DNA of 64,000 nucleotides from an uncultured Methanoregulaceae archaeon (lineage in GTDB: Archaea > Halobacteriota > Methanomicrobia > Methanomicrobiales > Methanospirillaceae), in contig OY969564.1 of the NCBI GenBank assembly GCA_963701095.1, positions 2,432,001 through 2,496,000 on the forward strand, in the 5' to 3' direction. The notes under the pieces are model-generated. The model was not told the origin of the DNA. It made no database searches and saw only the letters and a program-made list of their open reading frames with translations. Position 1 is the first letter of the stretch. Each line of letters opens with the position of its first letter. The position numbers and the translations under genes are program-made. Positions 21,096-31,906 of this stretch are shown here, in pieces.

Positions 21096-21710
21096 TCAGA
21101 TGAATGGTGTTGCTTTTCCAAGATTATAATTCAAATTCTTTTCCCGCTCTCCTATTTTTTTTGCAGGCACTCCGGCGACAATTGAATAGGGTTCAACATT
21201 TTTTGTAACGACCGCACCTGCACACACTACAGAACCGTAGCCGATTCTTACGCCAGGTAAAATTACCGTCCTGCACGATATCCATGAATAATCTTCAATT
21301 ACAACTTTTTCGGTCACAGAACAAAAATTACGGTCATTTACGCTGTGTTCCATAGTCCAAATCCATACTCCGGAACTCATATTTACGTTATTTCCAATTT
21401 CAAGTCCGCCCCTCCCGTCAAGGATGGCATTATGGCCAATTATAGTGTTTTCGCCGATGCATATCAGGTGGGGAGATCGAATTTCAGCTTTACCATAGAT
21501 ATAACTGTTTTTTTTAATTTTCAAACCAAAAATCCGATAAATAAAACAACGGATGATGTGGGAAGGTATATGACCAGTTATCAGGAGAATTAAAAATTTA
21601 AGTCCTGAAAGATATCGATATAGGCAAATCGCCAATTTTTTTATTATCTGATGGTTCTCAAAATAACGTGCTCTCTCCATAAAACAGGTTATGTTCATTG
21701 TATTTAACAA
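21096..21710 (-). CDS. hexapeptide-repeat O-acyltransferase
   Basis: LDGRGGLEIG and ILPGVRIG.GSVV.AGAVVTKNV...GVPA. The true start may be ATG 21698 or 21680. Confidence 0.85.
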   Translation of the reverse strand: MLNTMNITCFMERARYFENHQIIKKLAICLYRYLSGLKFLILLITGHIPSHIIRCFIYRIFGLKIKKNSYIYGKAEIRSPHLICIGENTIIGHNAILDGRGGLEIGNNVNMSSGVWIWTMEHSVNDRNFCSVTEKVVIEDYSWISCRTVILPGVRIGYGSVVCAGAVVTKNVEPYSIVAGVPAKKIGEREKNLNYNLGKATPFI

Positions 21711-21843
21711 CCTTTTGAAGAAGGAGTGAGACCAAATACGTTCGACGGGAAAATGGTGCTAAATAACAAAACCAAATGATGCCTTGATCTTTTCAACTTT
21801 TTTTATTGCAAAGAATCATCTCGATGACGTTCTGGTATGCAGG

Positions 21844-22815
21844 TCATGATAATTTGTTGTACCAGTACGCGTAGATCTTTTCCAGACTTTTCTCTATGGT
21901 GCATTGGGGAACCCAACCGGTATCTTTCCTGAGCTTATCGTAACTTCCGATAAGCACCGGGTTGTCAATAGGCCGGAGAAGATCAGTATTCTGTTCCACC
22001 TTTACCGGTATATGGGTTAACGTGGAAAAAAACCTGACAATATCGAGAATTGAGTAACCGTGGCCGCTGCATACATTATACACTTCGCCGGTTACCCCCT
22101 TGCTGAGTATCGCCATATATGCCTGAATAACATCATCAATGTCCACAAAATCCCTGATAATCGATCCGGCCCCGATTTTTATTACAGGTGGTGTGCGATG
22201 AAGAGCAATATCTGCGAATTGCCGGGCAAGAGAACTTACCACAAACTGATCGCTCTGCCCCGGCCCGATGTGATTAAAGGAACGTGTGCAACAAACGTCA
22301 AGATTATATCCCCTGGTATAAATCCGGGCAAGGTATTCCTCTGAAAGTCGCGCTACGGCATACGGGTTTGCCGGGGCAGGAGGATTTTTCTCTGAAAGGG
22401 GGAGATCCGTTTCTTTGACGATACCATATTCTTCTGAAGAACCGACCGACACAATCCTTGGTTTGAGACCCTGGACTCTGACGGCTTCAACGATAGTCAG
22501 GAAAGCATTGGTATTATTCAGAAAAGATGCGAGTGGCTCTTTCCAGCTCTGGGCAACGGAACTAAAGGAAGCAAGGTGAAGAATATAGTCCGGCTGGATC
22601 TCGCCGATTATTGCTTCGACTTTGGATGAATCGAGCAGATCACATTGATGAAACGAACATTTTCGAAGAATCTGATCCCGATGCTGGATAAAATCCCACG
22701 CAGGCTTTGATCTGCTTATGCCATGAATAACAAAATCCGGTTGTTCATTCACGAGATATTGCGTGAAATGCCCGCCGACAAAACCACTGATTCCGGTGAT
22801 GAGTATTGTCTTCAT
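21844..22815 (-). CDS. NAD-dependent SDR, GDP-4-keto-6-deoxymannose reductase (Rmd)/Gmd-like
   Basis: TGISGFVG, HLA.SSV.SW, GSSEEYG, FNHIGPGQ and RDF.D; the YxxxK position reads YAVAR. Confidence 0.8.
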   Translation of the reverse strand: MKTILITGISGFVGGHFTQYLVNEQPDFVIHGISRSKPAWDFIQHRDQILRKCSFHQCDLLDSSKVEAIIGEIQPDYILHLASFSSVAQSWKEPLASFLNNTNAFLTIVEAVRVQGLKPRIVSVGSSEEYGIVKETDLPLSEKNPPAPANPYAVARLSEEYLARIYTRGYNLDVCCTRSFNHIGPGQSDQFVVSSLARQFADIALHRTPPVIKIGAGSIIRDFVDIDDVIQAYMAILSKGVTGEVYNVCSGHGYSILDIVRFFSTLTHIPVKVEQNTDLLRPIDNPVLIGSYDKLRKDTGWVPQCTIEKSLEKIYAYWYNKLS

Positions 22816-22928
22816 GGTCCCCCTTTATTGTTCAGATACGTGAAACAAGCACGAGGAGTTTATTCCGCTTTTGTTTTCTTAGGAATATCTCCTGACTTGT
22901 TGATAAACAACCGGTACCGCAATTGGTT

Positions 22929-24167
22929 CTAGGGTTTTCGTGCAATAACGTCCCGGTATACCCCGAGTATAATCTGCGCTACAGCGTCTCCCCGGTATTT
23001 GCCGGCAAACGCCACGATCTTTTCCCGGTCCCAGATGCGGGCAATCGCGGCATTAATTCCCCGTGCAAAATCCCTGGAATCGGCACGTTCACAGAGAATT
23101 CCCACGTCGGGGTCGGTGAGGATATCCATGCTCCCGCTGTTCTTTGTCGCAATCACCGGTTTTCCGCAGGCCAGCGCCTCGATCTGAGCAATGCCAAATC
23201 CTTCCTCCAGGCTCGGAAGCACAAAAAAATCACAGGCATTCAGCCACAGGGGAATATCATGAGCACTCATGAATCCTAGGAAGTGAACCCGGTCTTCGAG
23301 ATTTAACTCTTTCACGCGCTGCACGAGGAAATCTTCGTATGATTTCTCGTATTGCGCTTTTCCCCCGATATAACACTGGACATCATTTCTTGTTTTTCTG
23401 ATAATGTCCATTGCCTCGATGAGATATTCGAGCCCCTTGCGTTTCTGCAGGATACCGAAGGTGAACAGGACCTTTGCGTCATGTGGGATATGCAGGGTAT
23501 CCCTGCATGCATGCATGTCAAGCGGTGAATACTGCTGGACAAACCCGTAGGGCACGGATATCGTGCGGGGGTTGTAATGGTGCAGTTTTGCGATCTCGTG
23601 TTTGTTAATGGTCATAATCTGATCGGCGTTTTCCCATGTATGTTCTACCCGGGGATCAGCCAGATCGATTTCCTCCTGGAGCCATCCGGAATCCTCGTTT
23701 GCCGTGATGACATAAGGAACCTGGTATTTTCCTTTGAGTACATCGGCACAATGACCGGAGGGTAACGTGAAATGTGCATGGACCAGATCGAAATGGATGT
23801 TATGCTTCCGGATACATTTCAGGACAGCGTGGCACCGGAAATCAAAGTCCAGTTTTCGTTTGTATCCCATCAGGGGAACCATCCTCGGGATAAAAAAGCA
23901 CCGGGGATAATAGACAGACACATTATCATAGTGATAATCTGTGCAGTAACGGTCGTTCTGAACAATTCTCAAGGAAACGAGCACCGGGCATATAACGATA
24001 ATTTTTTTAAAGAACCCTTTAAGGTGCTCAATCTGGTCTTTTACGTAAATGGATCCGATATAACGGTTTCTCTCATCCGGAAAATCCGGGGTAATGACTA
24101 ACAGTGTCATATCTCTGGTGTCTTTTCCGGTAGGATCGATGGATTCCTGAGTTATGCTCTTCACCAT
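22929..24167 (-). CDS. GT4-family glycosyltransferase
   Basis: HAHF, KRKG and PSLEEGFGIAQIEALACGKPVI. Confidence 0.88.
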   Translation of the reverse strand: MVKSITQESIDPTGKDTRDMTLLVITPDFPDERNRYIGSIYVKDQIEHLKGFFKKIIVICPVLVSLRIVQNDRYCTDYHYDNVSVYYPRCFFIPRMVPLMGYKRKLDFDFRCHAVLKCIRKHNIHFDLVHAHFTLPSGHCADVLKGKYQVPYVITANEDSGWLQEEIDLADPRVEHTWENADQIMTINKHEIAKLHHYNPRTISVPYGFVQQYSPLDMHACRDTLHIPHDAKVLFTFGILQKRKGLEYLIEAMDIIRKTRNDVQCYIGGKAQYEKSYEDFLVQRVKELNLEDRVHFLGFMSAHDIPLWLNACDFFVLPSLEEGFGIAQIEALACGKPVIATKNSGSMDILTDPDVGILCERADSRDFARGINAAIARIWDREKIVAFAGKYRGDAVAQIILGVYRDVIARKP

Positions 24168-24217
24168 TCCGCTGGGTTCCTGCCCTTTATGTGGTTACTT
24201 ATCCCAGGCACTGGCGT

Positions 24218-25306
24218 TTAAATCACGCCCATCTCACTTAACCGGGCCGGGAGATATTTCTTCGTGACAAAATCGAGTCCCCGTGCTGCAAAAGCCTGTT
24301 GTTCTGATTTAAGGCCCAGTTCGAGCTGTAAATTGATCTGGCGTTTCCAGTAATCGGTTGCAAACCGGGGGTCGGTGAGCTCAGCCTTTAAAGCCTCTAC
24401 ATCCTTTTCGGATAACTTGTCGGAAGGCAGGTTATAGTCCCGGATATCGCTTGGCTGGAGACCCAGGAACTGCGCTTTCGGCGTTGCGAGCAGTTCGGAA
24501 AGGTGCGCACTCTTGATTGCCCCGTATGCGACCGATGCATAGATCCGGTATGACCAGGGGTCGCCATCGGTAAAGACACAGATGGGGATGTTCCAGGTCT
24601 GGCTGATCCGGTTGAGCATCCGGCGGGTGGACCGGGCCGGCTGTCCCTTGAGATGGAGGAGGACTGCGTTGTACTCCTCGTCAAACCCGTTCTCAATCAG
24701 GCGATCATACATACCGCCTGTCTCCATGGCTATGACAAATTTTGCGTCATGATCGACAAACTCGATGTTTTCCACGTTGTTGGGGATTGAATACCCGGCT
24801 CCTCCCACATCGTCCTGGCAGTGGATTGTCTTTAGTCCTCTCCGGGTCTGTTCCCGTATCCGTATCGGGCCGTAGATGCTTGCCCCGTCTTCTTCAGGCC
24901 GGAGATGGAACCCTTCACGGGGCACATCGGAGATGATTTCAAGGTCTTCGACAAGGAAATTGCTTTCATCCTGTGCCGTAAATTTTGCCCGTTTCCACCC
25001 CTCCGAGATATAATACATTTCCCTGAGTGTCGAGGACCGGTTTTCTTTGAGCTGCTGCTTGACAAAACCGATTACATAGGCCATTTTCAGGAGATGAGTA
25101 GCGCTTTTTGCGCTCGCTGCAGTCCGGAGGCTTTCTTTGTCCCCGTATTTCCAGACCTCGCTCGCGTCGTCATACTCAATGTTGTACTTGGTCCGGGTCG
25201 GCAGTGAAATCGACGGTATTTCCCCGGATTTCATCTGGTCATACCATGCAGACGCAATCGCGAGAATCGCTTTCATCGAACGGGCGTCAAGTTCTTCTTT
25301 AGACAT
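24218..25306 (-). CDS. top6A: DNA topoisomerase VI subunit A
   Basis: STLREMYY (catalytic Tyr), ETGGM, KGQP and FTDGDPW (TOPRIM). Confidence 0.96.
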   Translation of the reverse strand: MSKEELDARSMKAILAIASAWYDQMKSGEIPSISLPTRTKYNIEYDDASEVWKYGDKESLRTAASAKSATHLLKMAYVIGFVKQQLKENRSSTLREMYYISEGWKRAKFTAQDESNFLVEDLEIISDVPREGFHLRPEEDGASIYGPIRIREQTRRGLKTIHCQDDVGGAGYSIPNNVENIEFVDHDAKFVIAMETGGMYDRLIENGFDEEYNAVLLHLKGQPARSTRRMLNRISQTWNIPICVFTDGDPWSYRIYASVAYGAIKSAHLSELLATPKAQFLGLQPSDIRDYNLPSDKLSEKDVEALKAELTDPRFATDYWKRQINLQLELGLKSEQQAFAARGLDFVTKKYLPARLSEMGVI

Positions 25307-27099
25307 CGAGATCCACCACCATCTTTTTGGTATCTTCTATGCCCCGGATGTCGAGCATGCCTCCTCCTTTGCCGGGGTAGGTGACACGCCACACGGTCTG
25401 TTTTGGCACGGCAACCTTCCAGACTTTTGTGTACTGCCCGTCCATTTCGGTGGAAAATGCCGGGGGCATATTTGCACCTGCGGCAGTATCCGCAGAGATG
25501 TCATAGACCGAGAGCTTGGTATCAGCTCCGGTATAATTGTTCACTTCTATGGTGACGTTCCCGTCTTTTGTCCATTTTTTTGCGATCAGTTTGCGCATGA
25601 GCCTGCCTTCAATCGGTGACGTATCAACAAGGGGTTTTTCCACGATCTCGCTTACCTTTGCCGCGAGTTCAGGAATGACGGCACAGACTGCCCGGGCCCG
25701 GTCTTCGGCAAGTTTGTTCCGGTCCCGGCGGGAGAGGAATGTCTTGAGTTCCCGGCCAAGCTCCTGGAGGGCGAGGACGATCTCTTTTTCGATTTCGGGG
25801 ATACCGGCAATTGCGTCTTTGCTTTCGCTGGTAAAGGGGACATTTGTCGATGCGACATGGACGAGGATCAGTACCGGGCCAAGGGGGAGGCCCTGCTGGG
25901 AGATGTTGTAGGATTTCCAGTTTACGTTTGCTATGCACTCGGTGATTGCACAGGCTCCCTGCTGGTACATGAGCGGGACCCGGTTTGCGAACCTGAGGAT
26001 CAAAGCGTTTCCTTCCGGTGGCAGTCTGCCCCCGTACCCGATAGCAGTCTCAACAACAAACGGGTGGCCGGAGTAGACAGAACTCGGCCTTGTCCGTGCG
26101 GCAACAAAATCCATCTGGAACTCTTTGTCGAGCCCGCGCCGGATCAGGTCCTCTCCTATGGGCGAGAGGCACTGGGTTGTCGGGGGGGCAGGTACAGCGA
26201 TTTCCTGCATTGCAGCTAGTAAATTTTTGAGTTCTTCTGCCGGGAGGCCGTTGATTTTTACCGTTGCTTTAAGGCCGGCCCGGTCGCACATCTCCTGTGC
26301 TGTTTTTTTCCCCACTCTCGAGAACCCGTTAATAAGAAAATCAGCAAGTTTTTCGTCACTGGCGGCTGCCATCCGTTTGAGCTGGCCGAATTCTATTCCA
26401 TGCGGATGTGGCTGGATAGCCACCGGGCATGCTATTACTTCCTGGCTTACGCGTTCAAAGGTAAATGTCTCGTCGTCGAGTTCTACCCGGAACCGGGCAT
26501 GGGGGTTGACCACCGAAGTATACCTGAGGTATTCGAGCAGTTTCTTTTTGGCAGACATTGTGCTTTTGAACTCTATCTGGACCCGGTACCATGGATCCGG
26601 TCCCACTCGAAAGGCTGCTCTCTGATTATATCGGGTTCGTTTGTCTCGATTTTAATCTGGATCTCGAAACGGTGCGCCGGTTCTTTGACCCGGTGCGGGA
26701 TATGACGACGGTGGGGAGCCCGCTGGTCAGCTGCGCATAGAGAACGGCTGCCGAAATACCGATGCCCTGCTGGCCCCGGGTCTGGCGGATCTGGTGGAAC
26801 CGGGACCCGTAGAGGAGTTTACCGAAGACAAACGGGACCTGGGCTGGGACAATGCCCGGACCGTTATCCTCAACAATAATCCTGAATATATCGGGACCGG
26901 TTTTTTTGATGCTGATGTAGATATCGGGGAGCACCTGCGCCTCTTCACAGGCATCAAGCGCATTGTCTACGGCTTCCTTAATCGTGGTGATGACGCCCCG
27001 GGTTGGCGAGTCAAAGCCGAGCAGGTGTTTGTTCTTCTCAAAAAATTCCGCGACACTGATACTGCGCTGCTGCTTTGCAAGCTCATCAGCGAGTACCAT
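25299..27099 (-). CDS. top6B: DNA topoisomerase VI subunit B, split by two -1 indels
   Basis: [39 protein letters not shown] and PFTSESK. Adding a base at 26684-86 and at 26585-86 restores ...[16 protein letters not shown]...DRIHGTRVQIEF. Confidence 0.93.
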
Positions 27100-28318
27100 A
27101 TGCCTTCACCTCGGCAAGGGCCGCGGCCGGGTCAAGCGTTTTCTGCTCACCCGAATGGAGGTTTTTTAGCGTTACCTGGCCCGCGTCCGCCTCCCGTTTC
27201 CCGATAACTGCAGCAAAGTCTGCAGTCTTAGATGCATGGGCCAGTTGCGCACCAAGACCGCGTCCCATAAGGTCCATCTCCGTTCGTATACCGCCGGACC
27301 GGAATACCCTGGCGACCGAAAGTGCGAAGCGTTCTCCCTCATCAGTACAGACGATACCAACAGTTATGTCTTTTTCCGGCGTTACCTCGCCAAGGGAAAC
27401 CATTACCCGGTCAAAGCCGATGGCAAATCCTGCTGACGCTACATCATCGCCACCAAACAGGTGCGCGAGCCGGTAGGTACCGCCCCCCAGGATCTGGTTT
27501 TCGGCGCCCAGGTTATGGGCAAATCCTTCGAAGACCATGCCGGTATAATAATCAAGACCCCGGGCGATCCCAAAGTTCAGGGTATACCTGATCCCGGCTT
27601 CATCGAGGATACTTATCATCTGTTCGATGCGATCTTTTTCCGGGATTGTCCCGGCTAGTGCGAATGCCTCAGGGAGTGTCCTGCAGTCAACGAGCGCGGA
27701 AAGCGATCCGCCGATGTCGTCTTTTCCCATTTCGGCGAGCGTGATACAGAGCCCGTCAAGATCATGCTTGTCAAGGTGCGCCATAACAAGGTGCTGCGCT
27801 GCCGGTTCAAGATCCGCCAGGAGGTTTTTCATGAAGCCAAGATGACCCACCTTAAGATCCCAGGTAACACCGGTTGCTTTGAGCGCCTCTGCTGCGAGCA
27901 TGATAACTTCCGCATCCGCACGTGCGGAATCTGCGCCGATGAGTTCGGCACCAAACTGCCAGAACTGGCGATACCGTCCTTTCTGCGGGCGTTCGTACCG
28001 GAAACAATCGGCAAAATAGCACCAGCGCAACGGTTTTGGCGCCACTTTGGCCTCGTTGATGTACATCCGTATTACCGCAGCCGTAATTTCAGGGCGCAGT
28101 GCCAGGCTTCTCCCGCCTTTGTCTTCAAAGACGTACATCTCTTTTGTGATACCCTCTCCCGACCGGAGCGTGAAGAGTTCGAGATCCTCGAATGCGGGTG
28201 TGCAGACTTCCCGGTAGCCGAACCGGCGTGCAGCTTCACGCATTTTTGCTTCGACACTGCGTCGCGCTTCCATTTCGTCGGGAAGGAAATCCCGGGTGCC
28301 TCGTGGTTTCTGGATCAT
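27086..28318 (-). CDS. hisS: histidyl-tRNA synthetase
   Basis: [41 protein letters not shown] and GFDR. Confidence 0.96.
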   Translation of the reverse strand: MIQKPRGTRDFLPDEMEARRSVEAKMREAARRFGYREVCTPAFEDLELFTLRSGEGITKEMYVFEDKGGRSLALRPEITAAVIRMYINEAKVAPKPLRWCYFADCFRYERPQKGRYRQFWQFGAELIGADSARADAEVIMLAAEALKATGVTWDLKVGHLGFMKNLLADLEPAAQHLVMAHLDKHDLDGLCITLAEMGKDDIGGSLSALVDCRTLPEAFALAGTIPEKDRIEQMISILDEAGIRYTLNFGIARGLDYYTGMVFEGFAHNLGAENQILGGGTYRLAHLFGGDDVASAGFAIGFDRVMVSLGEVTPEKDITVGIVCTDEGERFALSVARVFRSGGIRTEMDLMGRGLGAQLAHASKTADFAAVIGKREADAGQVTLKNLHSGEQKTLDPAAALAEVKAYGTR

Positions 28319-28358
28319 GCCTCAAAAATCCTTATCTTTGTGTATTTTTTGCCGCACC

Positions 28359-28682
28359 TTATTTTTTTATGGGGGCGCGGCGTCTTGCACTACCAATCAT
28401 CCGCTCAAGTGTGCTCTCTGTTCCGGTCCAGACTTTCTCGCGAACTATCCTGCTTTGCAGATACAGGGCGGCAAGAATGATGGCTAGGCCCAGGAGTTCG
28501 AAGGTGTTTCCTGCGATGGTGCAGAGAAGACCGAATGTGCCGAGCGCCCCATAAAGGACGCCATGATATGCCGCTTTCCGGTAACCGGGGAGACCGGTCC
28601 GGAAAAAGATCCGCGCGTCACGAAGCCAGAGAAAGATCACAACGACTTCTCCAAAATACGCAACATAGATCAGGTACGGCAT
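28359..28682 (-). CDS. small membrane protein of unknown function
   Basis: 107 aa with three hydrophobic segments and an RDARIF..TGLPGYRKAAY motif. Confidence 0.7.
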   Translation of the reverse strand: MPYLIYVAYFGEVVVIFLWLRDARIFFRTGLPGYRKAAYHGVLYGALGTFGLLCTIAGNTFELLGLAIILAALYLQSRIVREKVWTGTESTLERMIGSARRRAPIKK

Positions 28683-28732
28683 GGCAATGAACTAAATTAT
28701 AATACGCCTCCCCATATCTGTATTATCACATC

Positions 28733-29509
28733 ATGCGTGCAAACCCGCTCCTTTCGAAAGTCCTCGAAAAATACAAAAAAGGCGAAATTCTTCTCGAAGA
28801 TGCAGCCCGGGAGATTGAAGGCCTTCGTATTGAACGGGTAGGCGATTTTGCCTGTCTCGATCTTGGGCGCCCGGTCCGGTGCGGTATGCCGGAGGTAGTA
28901 CTTGCGGAGGGCAAAGATCCCTCCCACCTTGCGGAAATAGCCCTGCGCCAGGCAGAGGCTGCCGGACGTTGTGTGGTTACACGGGTAACACCGGATCAGG
29001 TTGCTTCCGTTAAAGAACGGTGTGCGACAAAAGGGATTTCGTGCGAGTACCGGGACCTGGCACGGATACTTGTCCTCTCGACCGGCCGTGCACCGGAAGC
29101 GACCGGTGGTGTTGTGGCCGTAATTACTGCCGGAACCTCTGACATCCGGGTTGCAGAGGAAGCAAAAGTTATTGCCGAAGAGATGGGGTGTGTTGTCCGG
29201 ACAGCATACGATGTCGGTGCGGCCGGGATCCACCGATTGTTCCCGGCGCTTCAGCCCCTGCTGGATGCTGATGTTTTTATTGTCTGTGCCGGGCGTGAAG
29301 GTACGCTCCCTTCCGTTGTGGCAGGACTTGTGGATAAGCCCGTTCTTGGGGTACCGGTGAGCACCGGATATGGGTACATGGGCAAGGGCGAGGCTGCTCT
29401 AGCGAGTATGCTCCAGTCCTGTTCCGTCATAGCGGTTGTTAATATTGATGCCGGATTTACCGCAGGAGCCTTTGCGGCACGGATAGCAAATGCAGGGAGG
29501 AAGCCATGA
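28733..29509 (+). CDS. larB: nickel pincer cofactor biosynthesis protein LarB (PurE-like)
   Basis: [42 protein letters not shown] and VVNID.GF. Confidence 0.9.
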   Translation: MRANPLLSKVLEKYKKGEILLEDAAREIEGLRIERVGDFACLDLGRPVRCGMPEVVLAEGKDPSHLAEIALRQAEAAGRCVVTRVTPDQVASVKERCATKGISCEYRDLARILVLSTGRAPEATGGVVAVITAGTSDIRVAEEAKVIAEEMGCVVRTAYDVGAAGIHRLFPALQPLLDADVFIVCAGREGTLPSVVAGLVDKPVLGVPVSTGYGYMGKGEAALASMLQSCSVIAVVNIDAGFTAGAFAARIANAGRKP

Positions 29510-30014
29510 AACGGGGATTTTACGTAGGCAGGTTCCAGCCTTACCATAACGGCCACCAGGCAGTACTTTCCGAGCTCGCCGGGACATGTGACGAGATTAT
29601 CATAGGTGTCGGGAGTGCTCAACTCTCCCACGCGATAGACAACCCGTTTACGGCTGGTGAACGTGTCCTGATGATCACCCGTGCGCTCACTACGCTGGGA
29701 TGCCCCTATTATGTCATACCGATTGAGGATGTGCAGCGAAACGCACTCTGGGCCGCACATGTGGTTTCTATGACACCGCCTTTTGATACCTGCTATTCAT
29801 CAAACCCGCTTGTCGTCCGGCTTTTCTGCGAAGCGGGTGTGGCCGTGCAGTCTCCCAAAATGTACAAACGTGACCGGCATAGCGGTACCGAAATCAGAAG
29901 AAGGATGCTCTGCGGGGAGCCTTGGGAGCACCTTGTACCCCGGCAGTGGTGACCGTGATCCGTGAGATCGACGGGGTGGAACGGCTCCGCCAGATTGCAA
30001 AGGATGACCAATGA
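29506..30014 (+). CDS. nadM: nicotinamide-nucleotide adenylyltransferase, -1 indel near the 3' end
   Basis: [18 protein letters not shown] and SGTEIR. One extra C at 29938-41 restores [27 protein letters not shown]. Confidence 0.92.
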
Positions 30015-30091
30015 CACCGAACCCTTTCTTTAAGGTAAGCATATAGAATGTACCAAGTGTACAACACGAAATACCGCGTCGGGGTAATCTC

Positions 30092-31381
30092 ATGTTGAAA
30101 TTTTTAAAATCCCTTTTCGGACCTGCGTCCGACAATCAGGTTATCCTCGCAAAAAGTGAGGTTCCGACATGGCTTGCCGAACGGGAAAAAAGTGCACGGA
30201 CAGCCCTGAACAATGATGTGGAGGAGCCGATCCGGGTTATCCGTAACGCCATGGCGCGCCTCCAGCTGACGGTGAATACCCTTAAGGATGCGGAACAGAA
30301 CCCGGAGACGCATCCCCGGATAAAAAGTATTGCAAAAAACTCCCTGCCTCTGTTTCTCCGGGCGATGAATACTTCTCTTTCAAGGGAACTACCTGATGAT
30401 CCTGAATCATTTTATGCGGCAGCAGTTGAATGCGTGAAAGGCTGCCTCAATGCTGTCCGTGGCCAGGGCCGGTACCTTATGGTCGCTTTCCCGGACGAGA
30501 TGAAAGACATCAAATCCGGTGTCGATGCGATCGGTCACGAGATAAACGCAATGACCCGGGCCATCAGCCGGTTTAAAGATGAATCTTCCCGGATTGCGGC
30601 AGCTGGTACCGCTTTTACGGCACTCTGCGAAACAGAAGAAGATCTGGAACGGTCGTTTACCCGGGAGGCACGAATCCGGGAACGTATCACCGGAAATAAC
30701 ACACGCATACGTGCCATCACAGACGAGATCGCCCGGCTTTCTACTGACGAATCATTCCTGGCACTTGATACCGGGCGTACCAAGTGTGCGGAGCTTGCGC
30801 GCGAACGGGATGATCTGCTGCGGCACTATGCCTCACTAACGATGACAGCATCACACGTTTTTCGCAAAGCCGAAAAGATTGCGATACGCAGAAATCTTTC
30901 AAAAGAAGTCCATGTGCTTAAACAAGCCATGGAAATCCTCTCTCACCATGAGGTTGCAACAGCGGAATCGGTTGCCCGGACACTGGATGCAGCGTGCCCT
31001 GTTGTCCAGAAAATGATTGATGACAGTGATATCATTTTAAAAAACAGGGAAGAACGCGGGATCTTTTCTGATGTAGCACAGTTCCAGAGGGAAGTATGCG
31101 GGTTGTGCACGAAATACCGTGAAATCAGTGAAAAATGCCGGAATGAAGAGGAAACTCTTCTCTCCCATCCGGTCCCGGCCAAGCTAAAGTCACTTGAACG
31201 GGAAAAAGAGCAGCTGGCAAGCATGTGTCTGCATGAAGAACAAGAGCAGCATGATCTTCTGAACACAAGAAAGGAGCTTGAGGCTGCAATCCCGCTCCTC
31301 CGGAATGAGTTAGCAAAAAAGGTAGGAGAGATGAGGGGGGAGACGGTGCAACTTCAGCCTGATGAACCGGTGGGAGGGTAG
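30092..31381 (+). CDS. coiled-coil-rich hypothetical protein
   Basis: 429-aa ORF rich in E/K/R/L heptads, followed by a T-run. Confidence 0.75.
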   Translation: MLKFLKSLFGPASDNQVILAKSEVPTWLAEREKSARTALNNDVEEPIRVIRNAMARLQLTVNTLKDAEQNPETHPRIKSIAKNSLPLFLRAMNTSLSRELPDDPESFYAAAVECVKGCLNAVRGQGRYLMVAFPDEMKDIKSGVDAIGHEINAMTRAISRFKDESSRIAAAGTAFTALCETEEDLERSFTREARIRERITGNNTRIRAITDEIARLSTDESFLALDTGRTKCAELARERDDLLRHYASLTMTASHVFRKAEKIAIRRNLSKEVHVLKQAMEILSHHEVATAESVARTLDAACPVVQKMIDDSDIILKNREERGIFSDVAQFQREVCGLCTKYREISEKCRNEEETLLSHPVPAKLKSLEREKEQLASMCLHEEQEQHDLLNTRKELEAAIPLLRNELAKKVGEMRGETVQLQPDEPVGG

Positions 31382-31423
31382 TGCACCGGTGCCATCTTCT
31401 GATTATGAGGGTTTTTCTTTTTT

Positions 31424-31576
31424 TTATGTGAACAAGTCTTCAGTATTCTCGATGATTGATTCAAGGTTATCCAAGGTAATATCATTCCTGATGCGCCAGC
31501 CTGACCTGCCCGCACCGGGAGGATGCCGGAACGATGACGATCCTTCGTCCTGGGAAATACCAATTGTTTCCCTCAT
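31424..31576 (-). CDS. unannotated 50-aa ORF coupled to the antitoxin-like gene
   Basis: ATG overlaps the upstream TGA (ATGA). Reads MRETIGISQDEGSSSFRHPPGAGRSGWRIRNDITLDNLESIIENTEDLFT*. Confidence 0.45.
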   Translation of the reverse strand: MRETIGISQDEGSSSFRHPPGAGRSGWRIRNDITLDNLESIIENTEDLFT

Positions 31577-31770
31577 TTCAGTTCCTTAGTTCCCGCAAAA
31601 TCTCCCAGTTCGCTTTGGCTGGCCGGGAAGGCATCCGACCAGCCATAGCAATTGTGGAGCATTTGTGCAATTACATCGCTGAAGGTCATGTTGCCACGCT
31701 TGAGCGTCAGCAAAGCCTCATACACTTCGGGATCAATCCGGATGGATCGTCCCTCGCCTGCACGAGGCAT
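31573..31770 (-). CDS. VapB/DUF217-like ribbon-helix-helix antitoxin-type protein
   Basis: RSIRIDPEVYEALLTLKRGNMTFSDVI matches the archaeal antitoxin pattern (TI.I..E.Y..L..K....SFSDVI). TTTATATA lies about 25 nt upstream, suggesting a leaderless transcript. Confidence 0.7.
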   Translation of the reverse strand: MPRAGEGRSIRIDPEVYEALLTLKRGNMTFSDVIAQMLHNCYGWSDAFPASQSELGDFAGTKELK

Positions 31771-31906
31771 AATTACCACTCTGTGGTAACAGTATATAAA
31801 TATTTCTCTAAAATATTCACCGGATTTTTAAACATTTTCGAAAAATGAGATTTTCCGATATGTTTGCTGCAATCCGGTAAGGGATATTGAAAATCTCAGG
31901 TTTCAG

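Noticed and set aside
27764..28480. Long antisense or alternate-frame ORFs (e.g. 27764-28480, 34865-35623, 40224-40955, 44195-44842, 53918-54952)
   Set aside because: They are shadows of well-supported genes on the opposite strand and have no motifs of their own.
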